64,000 bases of DNA, from the NCBI GenBank assembly GCA_051891855.1, contig JBJFFP010000082.1, positions 12,078 to 76,077 on the forward strand. Reading direction: 5' to 3'. This DNA is from Lachnospiraceae bacterium (GTDB lineage: Bacteria; Bacillota; Clostridia; Lachnospirales; Lachnospiraceae). Position 1 is the first letter of the stretch; every line of letters begins with the position of its first letter. This document shows positions 53,879 through 62,269 of the stretch, in pieces. The notes under the pieces are model-generated. The model ran no database searches, was not told the DNA's origin, and worked only from the letters and a program-made list of their open reading frames with translations. Made by a program: the position numbers and the translations under genes.

Positions 53879-54553
53879 ATGGCACTGATCTATATTGTAG
53901 AGGATGACTTGAATATCAGGGAAATTGAAACCTTTTCTTTAAAAAACAGCGGTTACGAGATTCGGGATTTTGAGTCGGCAGGGGAATTTTATGAGGCTAT
54001 GGCAGAAAGACTGCCGGATTTGGTTCTTTTGGATGTGATGCTGCCGGATGAGGATGGGCTGAGTATTGTTAAGTCTATCCGGGAAAATCCGGAAAGCAGA
54101 AGGCTGCCGATAATCATGGTAACCGCAAAAACTACCGAGTTAGATAAGGTCAAGGGGTTAGATCAGGGAGCAGATGATTATTTGACGAAGCCCTTTGGCG
54201 TAATGGAACTGGTTTCCCGGGTAAAGGCGCTTCTCAGACGGTGTGGTAAGGATAAGGAGAAAAAGGCCTGGTTTATAAACGGAATTTCTCTGGACAATGA
54301 AAGGCATACGGTTTTTGCCGACGATAAGCGGATAGAGCTGACCTTTAAAGAATTTAAGCTTTTACAGCTGCTGCTTGAAAATGCAGGGACGGTTACTACC
54401 AGGGAAATGATTTTGGAACGGGTGTGGGGAACAGATTTTGAGGGCGAGTCCAGAACCCTGGATATGCACATCAAAACCCTGCGTCAAAAGCTGGGAGAAA
54501 GAGGAAGCATGATTAAAACCGTTCGTAATGTGGGATATTTGATTGAAGAATGA
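53879..54553 (+). CDS. OmpR-family response regulator (PhoP/PhoB-like by context)
   Basis: Receiver domain (YIVEDD...LLDVMLPDEDG...KP) and a winged-helix output domain. ATG at 53879. Confidence 0.9.
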   Translation: MALIYIVEDDLNIREIETFSLKNSGYEIRDFESAGEFYEAMAERLPDLVLLDVMLPDEDGLSIVKSIRENPESRRLPIIMVTAKTTELDKVKGLDQGADDYLTKPFGVMELVSRVKALLRRCGKDKEKKAWFINGISLDNERHTVFADDKRIELTFKEFKLLQLLLENAGTVTTREMILERVWGTDFEGESRTLDMHIKTLRQKLGERGSMIKTVRNVGYLIEE

Positions 54554-55890
54554 AGAAGAAAATTAATGTGCAGCTGATGGGAATTGCAACTCTGGCCATT
54601 TTATTGACCCTGATTTCCGTCAGCGCCGTTTTTTATGAGCTGTTTCGGGAACGGATATTTCAGGATTTGAAATCTCAAACACAGCTGATTAATCAGTTAT
54701 TGGAAGAAAAAAATCATACAGATGCGGGAGAAATTCACATTTCCTCCACCCTCAGGGTGACCCTGATCGACTCCGGCGGACAGGTGAAATATGACAGCGC
54801 TGCGGCTGTTGATGAGTTGGATAATCACAGTGAGCGCAAAGAGGTTCGGGAGGCAGTGGAAACAGGAGAAGGCTATGCCAGCCGCCATTCGGATACGCTT
54901 AAGAAGGATTATTTTTATTATGCCTTCAAAAGGGCAGATGGAGATATTCTCAGAGTCTCCCAAAAAGCGGATAATCTGTTCAGCCTTTTCTATCAGGCTG
55001 TACCGGTACTGATCTTTCTTATTCTGCTGCTGTTTTTACTGTGCGTGATATTTGCCCATTTTCTTACAGCCAAGCTGTTAAGCCCCATAGAGGCACTTTC
55101 CCGGAATATGGATGGAAGGCAGGAGCTGGAAACCTATGAGGAATTAAAGCCCTTTATGAGGACGATTTATAAGCAGCATGAGGATATCTTAAAAAGTGCC
55201 AGAATCCGTCAGGATTTTACGGCCAACGTATCCCATGAGCTGAAAACCCCCCTGACGGCGATTTCTGGTTATGCACAGCTGATTGAGAACGGAATGGCAG
55301 GAAAAGAGGATGTTCTGCGTTTTTCCCATGAAATTGATCGGAATGCCACCAGACTGCTGACGCTGATTAATGATATCATTCGCCTCTCTGAGCTGGATTC
55401 CTCGGAAATGGAGTATTCCTTTGAACCCATCCGACTGGATTTGGTGGCGGCAGAATGTGTAGAAAATCTTAGGATGAATGCGAAGAAGCATTCTGTCAGC
55501 CTTCGCTTTGAAGGAGAGGAGGCAACGGTATTGGCAGACCGGGATATGCTGGAGGAGCTGCTGAATAACCTATGTGATAATGCCATCCGTTACAATAACG
55601 AGGGAGGAAGCGTGATTGTCAGTGTAAAAGCAGAGCAAAAGAGGGTGCTGCTTACGGTTCAGGATACGGGAATCGGTATTCCCAGGGAACATCAGGGCCG
55701 CATATTTGAACGCTTCTACAGAGTGGATAAAAGCCGTTCAAAATCTACAGGAGGAACCGGACTGGGACTGGCCATTGTCAAGCATATCGTTTTTCGATTC
55801 CATGCCCATATAGAGCTTTGGTCCGAGCCGGGAAGGGGAACCCGAATCCAGATTACCTTTCCTGTGAAAAATCTTCGCGATAAAATTTAG
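54550..55890 (+). CDS. Sensor histidine kinase (PhoR-like by context)
   Basis: Two TM helices, H-box FTANVSHELKTPLT, N-box NLCDNAIRYN, and G-boxes DTGIGI / GGTGLGLA. Overlaps the regulator's stop. Confidence 0.85.
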   Translation: MKKKINVQLMGIATLAILLTLISVSAVFYELFRERIFQDLKSQTQLINQLLEEKNHTDAGEIHISSTLRVTLIDSGGQVKYDSAAAVDELDNHSERKEVREAVETGEGYASRHSDTLKKDYFYYAFKRADGDILRVSQKADNLFSLFYQAVPVLIFLILLLFLLCVIFAHFLTAKLLSPIEALSRNMDGRQELETYEELKPFMRTIYKQHEDILKSARIRQDFTANVSHELKTPLTAISGYAQLIENGMAGKEDVLRFSHEIDRNATRLLTLINDIIRLSELDSSEMEYSFEPIRLDLVAAECVENLRMNAKKHSVSLRFEGEEATVLADRDMLEELLNNLCDNAIRYNNEGGSVIVSVKAEQKRVLLTVQDTGIGIPREHQGRIFERFYRVDKSRSKSTGGTGLGLAIVKHIVFRFHAHIELWSEPGRGTRIQITFPVKNLRDKI

Positions 55891-55949
55891 CTGTTAAGAG
55901 AAAAAAGAATGTGATATAATCAATCCAAAAACGAAAGGTGGATAATAAA

Positions 55950-57188
55950 ATGTATTCTTTTGATGAAATTATGCAGGCTGATCCGGAAATTGCCCAGGCA
56001 ATTCTGGATGAACAAAAAAGGCAGAATGACCATATTGAATTAATTGCTTCTGAAAACTGGGTGAGCAAGGCTGTTATGGCGGTCATGGGAAGCCCTCTGA
56101 CCAATAAATATGCCGAGGGTTATCCGGGCAAGCGTTACTATGGTGGCTGCGATTGTGTAGATGTAGCAGAAAATCTGGCCATTGAACGGGCTAAGAAGCT
56201 GTTTGGCTGTGACTATGTCAATGTTCAGCCCCATTCCGGCGCCCAGGCCAATATGGCAGTACAGTTTGCCATTTTAAATCCCGGAGATACCATTATGGGG
56301 ATGAATCTGGATCACGGCGGCCATCTGACTCACGGAAGTCCGGTGAATATTTCCGGTAAATATTTTCATGTTGTACCCTATGGAGTGAATGAAGAGGGCT
56401 TTATCGATTATGATGAGCTAAGAAGAATTGCCCTTGAGGCAAAGCCGAAGATGATTATTGCCGGTGCCTCTGCTTATGCCAGAACCATTGATTTTAAGAA
56501 GTTCAGAGAGGTGGCAGATGAGGTAGGTGCTGTCTTAATGGTAGATATGGCCCATATTGCCGGCCTGGTGGCAGCAGGCTTACATCCCAGTCCCATTCCT
56601 TATGCGGATGTGGTGACCACCACTACCCATAAGACCTTAAGAGGACCCAGGGGAGGCTTGATTCTTTCCTCGAAAGAGGCCAACGAGAAATACAATTTCA
56701 ATAAGGCGATTTTCCCGGGAACCCAGGGTGGACCCCTGATGCATGTAATTGCGGCTAAGGCAGTCTGCTTTAAGGAGGCTCTAAGTGAGGAGTTTAAAGC
56801 TTATCAGCAGGGAATTGTCGATAATGCACAGGCTCTCTGCAAGGGATTGATGAAAAGGGGAATTAAGATTGTATCCGGTGGAACGGACAACCATCTGATG
56901 CTGTTGGACCTGTCCGCTTTTGATCTGGCCGGTAAAGAGGTGGAGAAGTGGCTGGATCAGGCACATATTACGGCCAATAAAAATACCATACCCAACGATC
57001 CAAAATCAGCCTTTGTAACCAGCGGCATCCGCCTGGGAACTCCGGCAGTTACCTCAAGGGGAATGAAGACAGAGGATATGGAATGTATTGCCGAAGCCAT
57101 TTCTCTGATAGTGAAGGAAAAGGAAGCGGGTATCAGTGCAGCCAGGGTCATTGTGGATGAGCTGACGAACAAATATCCTCTGGATTAA
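55950..57188 (+). CDS. glyA: Serine hydroxymethyltransferase
   Basis: PLP site [17 protein letters not shown] at 55950. An extended -10 TGATATAAT lies at 55912-55920. Confidence 0.95.
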   Translation: MYSFDEIMQADPEIAQAILDEQKRQNDHIELIASENWVSKAVMAVMGSPLTNKYAEGYPGKRYYGGCDCVDVAENLAIERAKKLFGCDYVNVQPHSGAQANMAVQFAILNPGDTIMGMNLDHGGHLTHGSPVNISGKYFHVVPYGVNEEGFIDYDELRRIALEAKPKMIIAGASAYARTIDFKKFREVADEVGAVLMVDMAHIAGLVAAGLHPSPIPYADVVTTTTHKTLRGPRGGLILSSKEANEKYNFNKAIFPGTQGGPLMHVIAAKAVCFKEALSEEFKAYQQGIVDNAQALCKGLMKRGIKIVSGGTDNHLMLLDLSAFDLAGKEVEKWLDQAHITANKNTIPNDPKSAFVTSGIRLGTPAVTSRGMKTEDMECIAEAISLIVKEKEAGISAARVIVDELTNKYPLD

Positions 57189-57220
57189 TTCAGGAATTTA
57201 CTTTACATAGACATAATTAA

Positions 57221-57250
57221 GCGGGGAAATTCACTTCCCCGTTTTTTTTA
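57221..57250 (+). terminator. Rho-independent terminator of glyA
   Basis: CGGGGAA (57222-57228) pairs with TTCCCCG (57235-57241), followed by T8. Confidence 0.85.
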
Positions 57251-57259
57251 AGATTTATA

Positions 57260-57288
57260 TTGCCTGGCAAGGAAGAATGTGGTAAAAT
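57260..57288 (+). promoter_or_regulatory. Sigma-A promoter candidate of the ACT-hom operon
   Basis: TTGCCT (57260-57265), 17-bp spacer, TAAAAT (57283-57288). A TG dinucleotide at 57280-57281 resembles an extended -10. Confidence 0.55.
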
Positions 57289-57344
57289 ATCTCTCGTTGA
57301 CAAACAAATGTATGCCACAGGAAAACAAAACGAGAGAATGAGCC

Positions 57345-57788
57345 ATGAAGAAAGCAAGCAATTATTTTGTAGTAAAGGAGAAAGCGGTTCCGGAGATTTT
57401 ACTGAAGGTTCTGGAGGCAAAAAAGCTGATGGAAACGAAGAAGGTGCCTACTATACAGGATGCCGTGGATCAGGTGGGAATCAGCAGAAGCTCTTTTTAC
57501 AAATATAAGGATGATATTTTTCGCTTTCATGATAATTCCCAGGGAACTACACTGACAATGACCTTAACTATAGATGATGAACCCGGTATTTTATCGGAAG
57601 TATTAAGGAGCATTGCAGATTTTGGTGCCAATATTCTGACCATTCATCAGAGTATACCCATCAATGGAATTGCCACCTTAAGTCTCAGTATCCAGGTACT
57701 CCAGACCACGGGGGACATTGCCGGGATGCTGGAGAAGCTGGAAGGGCAGCGGGGAGTACATCAGGTAAAGCTCTTGGCAAAGGAATAG
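57345..57788 (+). CDS. ACT-domain protein (UPF0735 / PheB-like)
   Basis: 147 aa. N-terminal HTH-like segment (VPTIQDAVDQVGISRSSFYKYKD) and a C-terminal ACT domain. Confidence 0.75.
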   Translation: MKKASNYFVVKEKAVPEILLKVLEAKKLMETKKVPTIQDAVDQVGISRSSFYKYKDDIFRFHDNSQGTTLTMTLTIDDEPGILSEVLRSIADFGANILTIHQSIPINGIATLSLSIQVLQTTGDIAGMLEKLEGQRGVHQVKLLAKE

Positions 57789-57800
57789 CAAGGAGGAGTT

Positions 57801-59009
57801 ATGGTAAAAGTAGCTGTATTGGGATACGGAACCGTAGGAAGCGGTGTTGTAGAGGTATTAGAACAAAATAAGGAAAAGATTAATCAGCGTGCTCTGGAAG
57901 AGGTGGAGCTTAAGTACATTCTGGATTTAAGGGATTTTCCCGGGGATCCTTACGAAAATAAAGTGGTTCATGACGTAGAACTGATTCTGAATGATCCTGA
58001 AATTCAGGTGATTTGTGAAACTATGGGTGGTATTGAGCCGGCCTATACCTTTTCCAAAAGAGCATTACTTAGCGGAAAGAGTGTATGCACCTCTAATAAG
58101 GAGCTGGTGGCAGCTCATGGACCGGAGCTGTTAAGGCTGGCAAAGGAAAATAAATGTAACTACCTGTTTGAGGCCAGTGTGGGAGGAGGAATTCCCATCA
58201 TCCGCCCCATGAACTACTCTCTTACGGCAGAAGAAATTGATTCCATTATTGGTATTTTAAACGGAACGACCAACTATATTTTAACGAAGATGGATAGGGA
58301 AGGTGCTGATTTTGAGGACGTATTAAAGGAAGCACAGGAAAAGGGGTATGCGGAAAAGAATCCCCAGGCAGATGTGGAGGGCTATGATGCCTGCCGTAAA
58401 ATTGCCATTCTTTCTTCTTTAATGACAGGAAAATATGTAAAGTATCAGGATATTTATACGGAAGGGATTACCCAAATTACGGCCCGGGATTTCCAATATG
58501 CCAAATTAATGAATAAATCCATTAAGCTGTTGGCAATGAGTAAGGAAACACCGGATGGATATATGGCTATGGTCTCTCCCTGCCTGATTGACTGTGAGCA
58601 TCCACTCTACAGTGTGCGGGGAGTATTTAATGCCGTTTTTGTACATGGTAATATGCTGGGAGATTCCATGTATTACGGAAGAGGAGCAGGAAAGCTGCCC
58701 ACAGCAAGTGCGGTGGTTTCCGACATCATCGACTGTGCAAGACATATTGGGAAAACGGTGACCTGTATCTGGGAGGAAGAGGAAGTTAAGCTGATGGATT
58801 TTGAACAATCCCAAAGAAGATTTTTCCTTCGGGTGAAGACGGAAGGTATGGATAAGGCAAGGCAGCTGTTTGGTTTTTCTGAAATCTTGGAAGTGGCTGA
58901 AGGAGAATTTGGATTTATTACATCGGTGCTTACAGAAGGGGAGTTTAAGAAAAGAGCCGGTCAGCTTCCGGAAATGATTAGCCGTATCCGTATTGAGGAG
59001 CAGCAGTGA
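57801..59009 (+). CDS. hom: Homoserine dehydrogenase
   Basis: N-terminal Rossmann fold VAVLGYGTVGSG. Catalytic-domain motifs NGTTNYILT and EADPxxDVEG-like (EKNPQADVEGYD). C-terminal ACT-like region. Confidence 0.9.
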   Translation: MVKVAVLGYGTVGSGVVEVLEQNKEKINQRALEEVELKYILDLRDFPGDPYENKVVHDVELILNDPEIQVICETMGGIEPAYTFSKRALLSGKSVCTSNKELVAAHGPELLRLAKENKCNYLFEASVGGGIPIIRPMNYSLTAEEIDSIIGILNGTTNYILTKMDREGADFEDVLKEAQEKGYAEKNPQADVEGYDACRKIAILSSLMTGKYVKYQDIYTEGITQITARDFQYAKLMNKSIKLLAMSKETPDGYMAMVSPCLIDCEHPLYSVRGVFNAVFVHGNMLGDSMYYGRGAGKLPTASAVVSDIIDCARHIGKTVTCIWEEEEVKLMDFEQSQRRFFLRVKTEGMDKARQLFGFSEILEVAEGEFGFITSVLTEGEFKKRAGQLPEMISRIRIEEQQ

Positions 59010-59023
59010 GGAGTGTGATGAAC

Positions 59024-60244
59024 ATGAAATATATTATTGTTTTAGGAGACGGCATGTCGGATGAGCCTATTACTTCCCTGGGAGGAAAAACTCCCTTGGC
59101 TTATGCCGATACGCCCACATTGGATAAATTAAGCAAAAAAAGTGAAATCGGTCTGGTGCAGACTGTACCGGAGGGAATGAAACCGGGTTCAGATACAGCC
59201 AATCTGGCAGTGATGGGGTATGACCCCAAAATATACTATTCGGGACGTTCTCCCTTGGAGGCTTTAAGCATCGGCGTGCCTATGGAGGATGATGATATTG
59301 CCATACGCTGTAATATTATTACTGTTTCCGAAGACGATGTACCCTTTGAAGAGCAAAGGATTATCGACCACAGCTCGGGAGAAATCAGCACTCAGGACTG
59401 TGCTCAGCTTCTGGAAGCAGTAAGAAAAGAACTGGAAGGAAACGGCTACTCTTTTTATTTGGGAACCAGCTACCGACACTGTCTGATTTGGAAAGGGGGA
59501 GAGGTGGTTGAGCTGACTCCACCCCATGATGTACTTACCCAGAAGGTAGGTGACCATCTGCCTGCAGATCCGGTGCTTCGGGAAATGATGAAAAAAAGCT
59601 ATGAAATTTTGAAGGATCATCCCCTTAACAGGGAAAGAAAGAAGCAGGGCCTTAATCCGGCTAACTGCTGCTGGTTTTGGGGAGCAGGAACCAGACCCGC
59701 ACTGAAGAATTTTCGGGAAAAAACAGGAAAAAAGGGTATGGTGATTTCTGCGGTGGATCTGCTTAAGGGAATTGCAAGGGGAGCAGGAATGGAAGCCCCC
59801 GTAGTGGAAGGAGCCAACGGAGGCCTGCATACCAATTATGAAGGAAAGACGAAGCGGGTAATAGAGGCCTTGTGTCGGGAGGATTATGATTTCGTTTATT
59901 TACATGTAGAAGCCCCGGATGAAATGGGACATCAGGGAAGTGTGGAACGAAAGGTTGAGGCTATCGAATATCTGGATAAGCGGGTATTAGGGCCTTTAAC
60001 TAAGACACTAAAGGAAGAAAAAGTAGATTTCAGACTGCTTGTGCTTCCTGACCACCCTACGCCCGTAAGGGTAAGAACCCATACCTCCGACAGTGTACCC
60101 TATCTTCTGTATGACAGTACGTCCGAAGGGGATTACCAATGGAATTACAACGAGGAAGAGGCAAAAACAAGCGGCAGATATATTGCAGAGGGGTATACCC
60201 TGATTGACAGACTGTTTGAAACAACGGAGGTTATTGAATCATGA
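59024..60244 (+). CDS. ApgM-type cofactor-independent phosphoglycerate-mutase-family (alkaline phosphatase superfamily) protein; possible non-canonical homoserine kinase
   Basis: MKYIIVLGDGMSDEP N-terminus and EAPDEMGHQG metal-site motif. Embedded between hom and aspartokinase with overlapping stop/start codons. Confidence 0.8.
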   Translation: MKYIIVLGDGMSDEPITSLGGKTPLAYADTPTLDKLSKKSEIGLVQTVPEGMKPGSDTANLAVMGYDPKIYYSGRSPLEALSIGVPMEDDDIAIRCNIITVSEDDVPFEEQRIIDHSSGEISTQDCAQLLEAVRKELEGNGYSFYLGTSYRHCLIWKGGEVVELTPPHDVLTQKVGDHLPADPVLREMMKKSYEILKDHPLNRERKKQGLNPANCCWFWGAGTRPALKNFREKTGKKGMVISAVDLLKGIARGAGMEAPVVEGANGGLHTNYEGKTKRVIEALCREDYDFVYLHVEAPDEMGHQGSVERKVEAIEYLDKRVLGPLTKTLKEEKVDFRLLVLPDHPTPVRVRTHTSDSVPYLLYDSTSEGDYQWNYNEEEAKTSGRYIAEGYTLIDRLFETTEVIES

Positions 60245-61560
60245 AAAGAGTAGTAAAATTCGGTGGAAGCTCCCTTGCCAGTGCACAGCAGTTTATGAAG
60301 GTGGGAGAGATTATCCGTTCCCAGGAGGACCGTAAATATGTGGTTCCTTCGGCACCGGGTAAACGCTTCGATGGAGATACCAAGGTTACGGATATGCTCT
60401 ATGACTGCTACCGTACAGCAGAGGAAGGAAAGAATTTTTCCGATAAGCTAAAGGCCATAAAGGCAAGATATGATGAAATCATCGCCGGATTACAGCTGCC
60501 TTTATCTTTGGACAGTGAATTTAAAACTATTGAAACGAATTTTCAAAAGCAGGCGGGTGAAAATTATGCAGCCAGCCGTGGGGAATATTTGAACGGAATT
60601 ATTATGGCGGACTATCTTGGCTTTGCTTTTGTGGATGCGGCGCAGGTTATCTTTTTTAAGGAAGACGGAACCTATGATGAAGAAAAAACAAAAGAGATTC
60701 TGGCTGCGGAGCTTTCTAAACATGACAGAGCTGTCATACCTGGATTTTACGGAAGCCTTCCCGATGGTACGGTAAAGACCTTTTCCCGTGGGGGATCGGA
60801 TATTACCGGTTCCATTGTGGCTCAGGCCGTACATGCGGATGTTTATGAAAACTGGACGGATGTTTCCGGCTTTTTGATAGCAGATCCCAGAATCATTCAC
60901 CAACCCGTCGGGATTGAGACTATCACCTATAAAGAATTGCGGGAGCTGTCTTATATGGGGGCAACGGTTCTTCACGAGGAGGCTATTTTCCCGGTAAGAA
61001 AAGAGGGGATTCCCATTAATATCCGTAATACCAATAAGCCGGAGGATAGCGGAACCTGGATTGTGGAAAGCACCTGCCAGAAATCCAAATATGTGATTAC
61101 CGGTATTGCCGGAAAAAAAGGCTTTTGTGCCATCAATATTGAAAAGGATATGATGAATTCGGAAATCGGATTTGGCAGAAAGGTATTGAATGTATTTGAA
61201 GATAATGGAATTTCCTTTGAGCATGTCCCCTCCGGTATAGATACTCTTACGGTTTTCGTTCACCAGGATGAGTTTATGGATAAGGAGCAGCAGGTGGTTA
61301 CCGGAATCCATCGCTTGGCTAAGCCGGATACCATCGATATTGAGGCAGACCTGGCATTAATTGCCGTTGTGGGAAGAGGAATGAAGTCTACCCGGGGTAC
61401 AGCAGGAAGAATTTTCTCTGCATTGGCTCATGCTAAAGTAAACGTGAAGATGATTGATCAGGGCTCCAGCGAGCTGAATATCATTATTGGTGTTACCAAT
61501 GATGATTTTGAAGCAGCCATTCGTGCTATTTATAATATGTTCGTAGAACCAATCCTGTAA
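60241..61560 (+). CDS. Aspartate kinase
   Basis: VVKFGGSSLA kinase motif and two C-terminal ACT domains. The start overlaps the stop of the preceding gene. Confidence 0.92.
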   Translation: MKRVVKFGGSSLASAQQFMKVGEIIRSQEDRKYVVPSAPGKRFDGDTKVTDMLYDCYRTAEEGKNFSDKLKAIKARYDEIIAGLQLPLSLDSEFKTIETNFQKQAGENYAASRGEYLNGIIMADYLGFAFVDAAQVIFFKEDGTYDEEKTKEILAAELSKHDRAVIPGFYGSLPDGTVKTFSRGGSDITGSIVAQAVHADVYENWTDVSGFLIADPRIIHQPVGIETITYKELRELSYMGATVLHEEAIFPVRKEGIPINIRNTNKPEDSGTWIVESTCQKSKYVITGIAGKKGFCAINIEKDMMNSEIGFGRKVLNVFEDNGISFEHVPSGIDTLTVFVHQDEFMDKEQQVVTGIHRLAKPDTIDIEADLALIAVVGRGMKSTRGTAGRIFSALAHAKVNVKMIDQGSSELNIIIGVTNDDFEAAIRAIYNMFVEPIL

Positions 61561-61589
61561 AGCAGCAGATTAATACAGATAAAATAAGG

Positions 61590-61628
61590 AATAGACCCAT
61601 GAAATAGCTCATTTCGGGGTCTATTTTA
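61590..61628 (+). terminator. Hairpin after the aspartokinase gene (probable terminator, short U tract)
   Basis: AATAGACCC (61590-61598) pairs with GGGTCTATT (61618-61626), followed by TTTAAA. Confidence 0.45.
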
Positions 61629-61707
61629 AATTAAGACTCTAAATTGAGTGGAAATTAGGATAAAATAACAAAAAAGACAAAAAATTAAAATATTTAAAAG
61701 AAAATTG

Positions 61708-61735
61708 TTGACAAATTATTTTTGGGTGCTATAAT
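61708..61735 (+). promoter_or_regulatory. Near-consensus extended -10 sigma-A promoter with no gene behind it
   Basis: TTGACA (61708-61713), 16-bp spacer, TGc-TATAAT (61727-61735). About 70 bp of A/T-rich UP-like DNA lies upstream. Confidence 0.7.
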
Positions 61736-61741
61736 AAAACC

Positions 61742-62211
61742 ATAAACAAAAGAGAAAAGAAAAGAAGAGAAGATACTCAAGAGGAAAATGAGTAAATACG
61801 AAAGAAAGGAAGGTACGGACCACCAAAAACTTAAGTTCACCTTAGTTTGACAGAAACCGAATTCATGAATGGTACATAGAGCTTTCCTTAGGTACAGAGG
61901 ATTCAGATTAAAGTACAAAAGATAAAATACTTCAGAAATACCAATTCTGAAGCGAAGACAGTGAAAGAGAATCGGTTTCAAGGCTTATGGGTGAGAGCCT
62001 CAATGGGATTGGACTTTCAGTACATCAGTTAAGGTAATGGTAAGCCGATATGGCACATTACAGTACTAGGGGTACGGATGAAGATGGAACGAAGACAAAG
62101 CACAAGTAAATAGGGAACAAAGTGAGAAGGAAGAGATGGAGGGTAGGCCATTGGAAATCACAATATAGAGGCGGGTATCGATAAAATAGATTGATACCCG
62201 CCTCGAATTTT
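61742..62211 (+). ncRNA. Predicted ~470-nt purine-rich non-coding RNA of unknown family
   Basis: Bounded by the consensus promoter and a strong intrinsic terminator. The longest + strand ORFs are 18 codons or fewer and lack a usable SD. Internal hairpin: 61930-61937 pairs with 61945-61952. Long-range helix: 61853-61860 pairs with 61972-61979. Seven GTAC cores, and the exact 8-mer GGTACGGA occurs at 61812 and 62071. Confidence 0.5.
62168..62211 (+). terminator. Rho-independent terminator of the orphan RNA
   Basis: GAGGCGGGTATC (62168-62179) pairs with GATACCCGCCTC (62193-62204), followed by GAATTTTGTT. Confidence 0.75.
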
Positions 62212-62219
62212 GTTATACT
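62191..62219 (+). promoter_or_regulatory. Promoter candidate for the GH3 gene, nested in the descending arm of the preceding terminator
   Basis: TTGATA (62191-62196), 17-bp spacer, TATACT (62214-62219), with TG at 62211-62212. Confidence 0.55.
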
Positions 62220-62269
62220 GGACAAAAATTGCCTGTCTTCAGACAGGCATAAAGTGTGTAAGATAAAGT

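Noticed and set aside
52992-53885. 297-aa minus-strand ORF opposite the Na/Pi cotransporter gene
   Set aside because: It is a shadow ORF, Leu/Ile/Phe/Gln-rich, antisense to a clear transporter/PhoU-domain gene.
60502-61311. 269-aa minus-strand ORF opposite the aspartokinase gene
   Set aside because: It is antisense to a gene with clear kinase and ACT motifs, and no independent support exists.
61694-61981. 95-aa minus-strand ORF inside the orphan RNA region
   Set aside because: It has a TTG start without an SD. It crosses the + strand consensus promoter. Its F/L/S-rich sequence is what the complement of a purine-rich transcript gives by default.
61742-62211. Possibility that the orphan RNA is RNase P RNA, tmRNA, SRP (4.5S/scRNA) RNA, 6S RNA or a riboswitch leader
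   Set aside because: I could not find the universal RNase P GAGGAAAGUCC-type core, a tRNA-like acceptor/T-arm with a tag ORF, or the SRP domain IV motif. The length (~470 nt) does not fit 6S RNA. The downstream gene has its own promoter, so this is not a leader. This is an eye-level rejection only, and a covariance-model search is still needed.
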